The position numbers and the translations under genes are program-made. Source: an uncultured Bacteroidota bacterium (GTDB lineage Bacteria; Bacteroidota; Bacteroidia; Chitinophagales; Chitinophagaceae). From it: a DNA stretch of 64,000 nucleotides. The stretch spans positions 73,756 through 137,755 of the forward strand of contig CAVSYG010000001.1 in NCBI GenBank assembly GCA_963732055.1, given 5' to 3'. A model generated the notes under the pieces. It had not been told where the DNA came from, did no database searches, and saw nothing but the letters and a program-made list of their open reading frames with translations. Positions 61,222 through 64,000 of this stretch are shown here, piece after piece. Positions within the stretch are counted from its first letter, which is position 1. Each line of letters starts with the position of its first letter.

Positions 61222-64000
61222 ATGGAAATCCAACTTTACACACAAAGAGGCCTTGTCGTATTTAGTTCTGTAGTAAAGAAGATCAAAAACAAGGCGGACA
61301 AACTTCTCCTGCTATCCTGTGCTATATGTATCCATCTTGCCGGTCTCGCACAGACCACCAATTTATCTTTCACACAAATACCTCTGACGGACCCGGAATT
61401 TCTGAGACCCGGAGCGGGCGCTAATGAATGGTCTTACGATCAGAATATTGTAAATATCCCTACACAGGGAACAAATACACAACGACTCGACAGATATTGG
61501 CGTTTTACCTGGCTGGATTTTCAACCCGCCAATGGTTCGAGTGGTTCTTATGATTTTTCAGTCTTCGATTCTAAAATTCAGCAATCAATTTCTAAAGGAC
61601 AAACTTTCAGCTTTGGAGTAATGCAACAATGCGGAGGTTGTGACGCGAATTTACAGACCAATATTTCCGGCGCTGTGATGCTTTATCCAACCTGGTTACA
61701 CAACCAAATGCAAGGTGAATCAGTAAAAGATTTTATTTCTGGTGGTGAGTGGTTCCCGAACTATAACAGCGCGTCATATCTGACTGCTTTAAAGAATCTG
61801 AATGTCGCGATTAATAATCATATTCTTTCAGGCTCTTATAGTGGCGTACGTTATCAGGACGTAATCGGTCAGATCGATATACGTGGATATGGGGATTTCG
61901 GAGAGTGGACAAACAACGTTTTTACAAATGGAAATTTAACTGTTGCAAGCGGTGACAGTATTATCTCTTATCACGTTCATGTATTTGATAAGTTCCAATG
62001 CGTTTACATGATGGCCACGGTAGACGGTGGTCAGCTTAGTAATACAAATGTCCCTCCGGGCGTAGGGTATTATGCTTTGACTGCTTCAAATTCGGTTGGT
62101 AAACTGGGATGGCGAAGAGACTCATGGGGCCAGACGGATAACTACCTTTCTCAATGGACGGATGCAAACCCGACTGTTTTTAATGGACTTTCCTTCAAAA
62201 CAGAAATAATGAATCGTTACCAGTTTGCTCCGATAGTGGGTGAGCCTCAGGACGGTGGGTCAGCTGGGAATTTCACCTCTCTGGCAGCACAAATGACGAA
62301 ATACGGTGTAACTAGTTTCGGTAATGGTAATTTTAATAATGGTGTTAATGCAACGATACAAAATAGTTTCAGGGCCGCTTCAAAGGCAGCCGGATATCGT
62401 ATAGTATTAACGGGTGGAAGCATGACCACAACGCTGACCGGTGGGAACACATTTAATGTCTCTCTGAATTGGCAGAATATCGGCGCCGCACCCGACTATA
62501 AAAATTGGAATGCTACATTCGAACTAAGAAGTTCGACTAATGCCGTAGTATGGACAGGAACTTCTTCATTTAATCCGAGATTATTTTTACCATCCGGGAC
62601 ACCCTCAGCCATCAGTGATAATTTTACACTTCCTTCCACCGTTCCGCAAGGCACATATAGTATGTATCTCATAATAAGAGATCCGGTCGGATTCCGCAAA
62701 CCGCTTCCTCTTGGTATAACAGGCGTCAATTCCGATGGAAGTTATTTGCTTAGAAGCAATATTACCGTTGGGACTGGTACAGCAAATCAACCACCTACTG
62801 CAAATGCAGGCGCTGATCAGACAATCACGTTGCCGGCATCCACCGTGTCTCTGACTGGTTCCGGAACAGATGCAGGCGGATCAATAGCTTCTTATTCCTG
62901 GGCAAAATTGTCTGGTCCGGCATCTGGAACCATTGCTACAACAACGACAGCCAACACAAATATTACCGGATTAGTTCAGGGTGTATATGTTTTTGCCCTG
63001 ACTGTAACTGATAATCAGGGGGCGACAGCAACAGATAATGTGCAGATTACAGTGAATGCTGCCACGGCGCCTGCAAATCAACCTCCTGTTGCAAACGCCG
63101 GTGCAGATCAAACCATCCAGTTGCCAACATCTACTGTTTCGTTGACCGGAACAGGAACAGACGCGGATGGTACGATTGCATCTTATGCCTGGACTAAACT
63201 TTCTGGCCCTGCAGGTGGAACCATAGTTACACCAACAGTTGCAAATACGAACATTACCGGTTTAATACAAGGTGTATATGTTTTCACATGTACCGTAACA
63301 GATAACCAGGGTGCAACGGCTACAGACAATGTTCAGATAACAGTTAATGCTGCTACGGTACCTTCAAATCAACCTCCTGTTGCAAACGCCGGTGCAGATC
63401 AAACTATCCAGTTGCCAACATCTACTGTTTCGTTGACCGGAACAGGAACAGACGCGGATGGTACGATTGTATCTTATGCCTGGACTAAACTTTCTGGCCC
63501 TGCAGGTGGAACCATAGTTACACCAACAGTTGCAAATACGAACATTACCGGTTTAATACAAGGTGTATATGTTTTCACATGTACCGTAACAGATAACCAG
63601 GGTGCAACGGCTACAGACAATGTTCAGATAACAGTTAATGCTGCCACGGTACCTTCAAATCAACCTCCAGTTGCAAATGCCGGTGCAGATCAGACTATCC
63701 AGTTGCCAACATCTACTGTTTCGTTGACCGGAACAGCGACAGATGCAGACGGAACGATTGCATCTTATGCCTGGACTAAACTTTCTGGCCCTGCAGGTGG
63801 AACCATAACTACGCCAACGGCTCCAAATACGAATATTACTGGTTTAATACAAGGTGTATATGTTTTCACATGTACAGTAACGGATAACCAGGGTGCAACG
63901 GCAACAGACAATGTTCAGGTAACAGTCAGTGCTGCTACGGTACCCGCAAATCAACCTCCCGTCGTAAATGCCGGTTCAGATCAGACGATCCAGTTGCCAA
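61222..64000 (+). CDS. Large exported protein missing from the ORF track (runs off the right edge): GH-A-like/DUF4832 region followed by at least four PKD-like repeats
   Basis: I translated it from ATG 61222 and found no stop up to 64000. Signal-like LLLLSCAICIHLAGLAQ, then GYGDFGEW, IVGEP, AGYR, WQNIGAAP, KPLPLGI and SDGSYLL, then NQPPxANAGADQTIxLP repeats. Confidence 0.85.
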   Translation, partial: MEIQLYTQRGLVVFSSVVKKIKNKADKLLLLSCAICIHLAGLAQTTNLSFTQIPLTDPEFLRPGAGANEWSYDQNIVNIPTQGTNTQRLDRYWRFTWLDFQPANGSSGSYDFSVFDSKIQQSISKGQTFSFGVMQQCGGCDANLQTNISGAVMLYPTWLHNQMQGESVKDFISGGEWFPNYNSASYLTALKNLNVAINNHILSGSYSGVRYQDVIGQIDIRGYGDFGEWTNNVFTNGNLTVASGDSIISYHVHVFDKFQCVYMMATVDGGQLSNTNVPPGVGYYALTASNSVGKLGWRRDSWGQTDNYLSQWTDANPTVFNGLSFKTEIMNRYQFAPIVGEPQDGGSAGNFTSLAAQMTKYGVTSFGNGNFNNGVNATIQNSFRAASKAAGYRIVLTGGSMTTTLTGGNTFNVSLNWQNIGAAPDYKNWNATFELRSSTNAVVWTGTSSFNPRLFLPSGTPSAISDNFTLPSTVPQGTYSMYLIIRDPVGFRKPLPLGITGVNSDGSYLLRSNITVGTGTANQPPTANAGADQTITLPASTVSLTGSGTDAGGSIASYSWAKLSGPASGTIATTTTANTNITGLVQGVYVFALTVTDNQGATATDNVQITVNAATAPANQPPVANAGADQTIQLPTSTVSLTGTGTDADGTIASYAWTKLSGPAGGTIVTPTVANTNITGLIQGVYVFTCTVTDNQGATATDNVQITVNAATVPSNQPPVANAGADQTIQLPTSTVSLTGTGTDADGTIVSYAWTKLSGPAGGTIVTPTVANTNITGLIQGVYVFTCTVTDNQGATATDNVQITVNAATVPSNQPPVANAGADQTIQLPTSTVSLTGTATDADGTIASYAWTKLSGPAGGTITTPTAPNTNITGLIQGVYVFTCTVTDNQGATATDNVQVTVSAATVPANQPPVVNAGSDQTIQLP
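62785..64000 (+). repeat. Tandem 291-bp (97-aa) PKD-like repeats
   Basis: The AAT CAA CC (NQP) unit starts at 62785, 63076, 63367, 63658 and 63949, an exact 291-bp period. Units 2 and 3 are near-identical. Confidence 0.95.

Noticed and set aside
62785-64000. CRISPR array or mobile repeat
   Set aside because: Units are 291 bp, in frame, protein-coding and have no unique spacers; no cas genes.
1-64000. tRNA, rRNA, transposase, integrase, prophage or defence-system genes
   Set aside because: None recognised; almost all the sequence is accounted for by the CDSs listed.

Overview
Bacteroidota-type genomic window (T9SS C-terminal sorting domains, Chitinophagaceae-like gene content; taxon inferred, not searched). 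No rRNA, tRNA, CRISPR array or mobile element is visible. Layout: (i) 1-18.2 kb: SDR/glucose dehydrogenase, MGH1/GH63-like glucosidase, AI-2E permease, RND efflux trio, CE2-like esterase, MBL hydrolase, a POTRA-less Omp85 and a small c-type cytochrome. (ii) 18.5-34.8 kb: three tandem paralogous exported proteins of about 2,891 aa, about 1,725 aa and 636 aa. The first two are broken in this sequence by single-base insertions. They carry an N,N-dimethylformamidase-beta-like domain, DUF4082, PKD/Ig repeats and a T9SS CTD, and all three share an uncharacterised ~585-aa module with a divergent NodB/CE4-like motif set. (iii) 34.9-60.5 kb: a convergent minus-strand Wzx/Wzy capsular/exopolysaccharide locus (wza, wzc, wzx, putative wzy, GTs, wcaJ) with two aminotransferases, an N-acetyltransferase, a formyltransferase, an ArnC/GtrB-like GT2 and a GT-C-like membrane protein. 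(iv) From 61,222 to the edge: a large ORF absent from the supplied track, with a glycoside-hydrolase-like/DUF4832 region followed by 291-bp PKD repeats. Main hypothesis (inference): the flanking exported enzymes form a de-N-formylation/de-N-acetylation and trimming system for the N-acylated polysaccharide made by the locus between them. At least eight +1 insertions break reading frames between 3 and 30 kb and are more likely long-read errors than biology.
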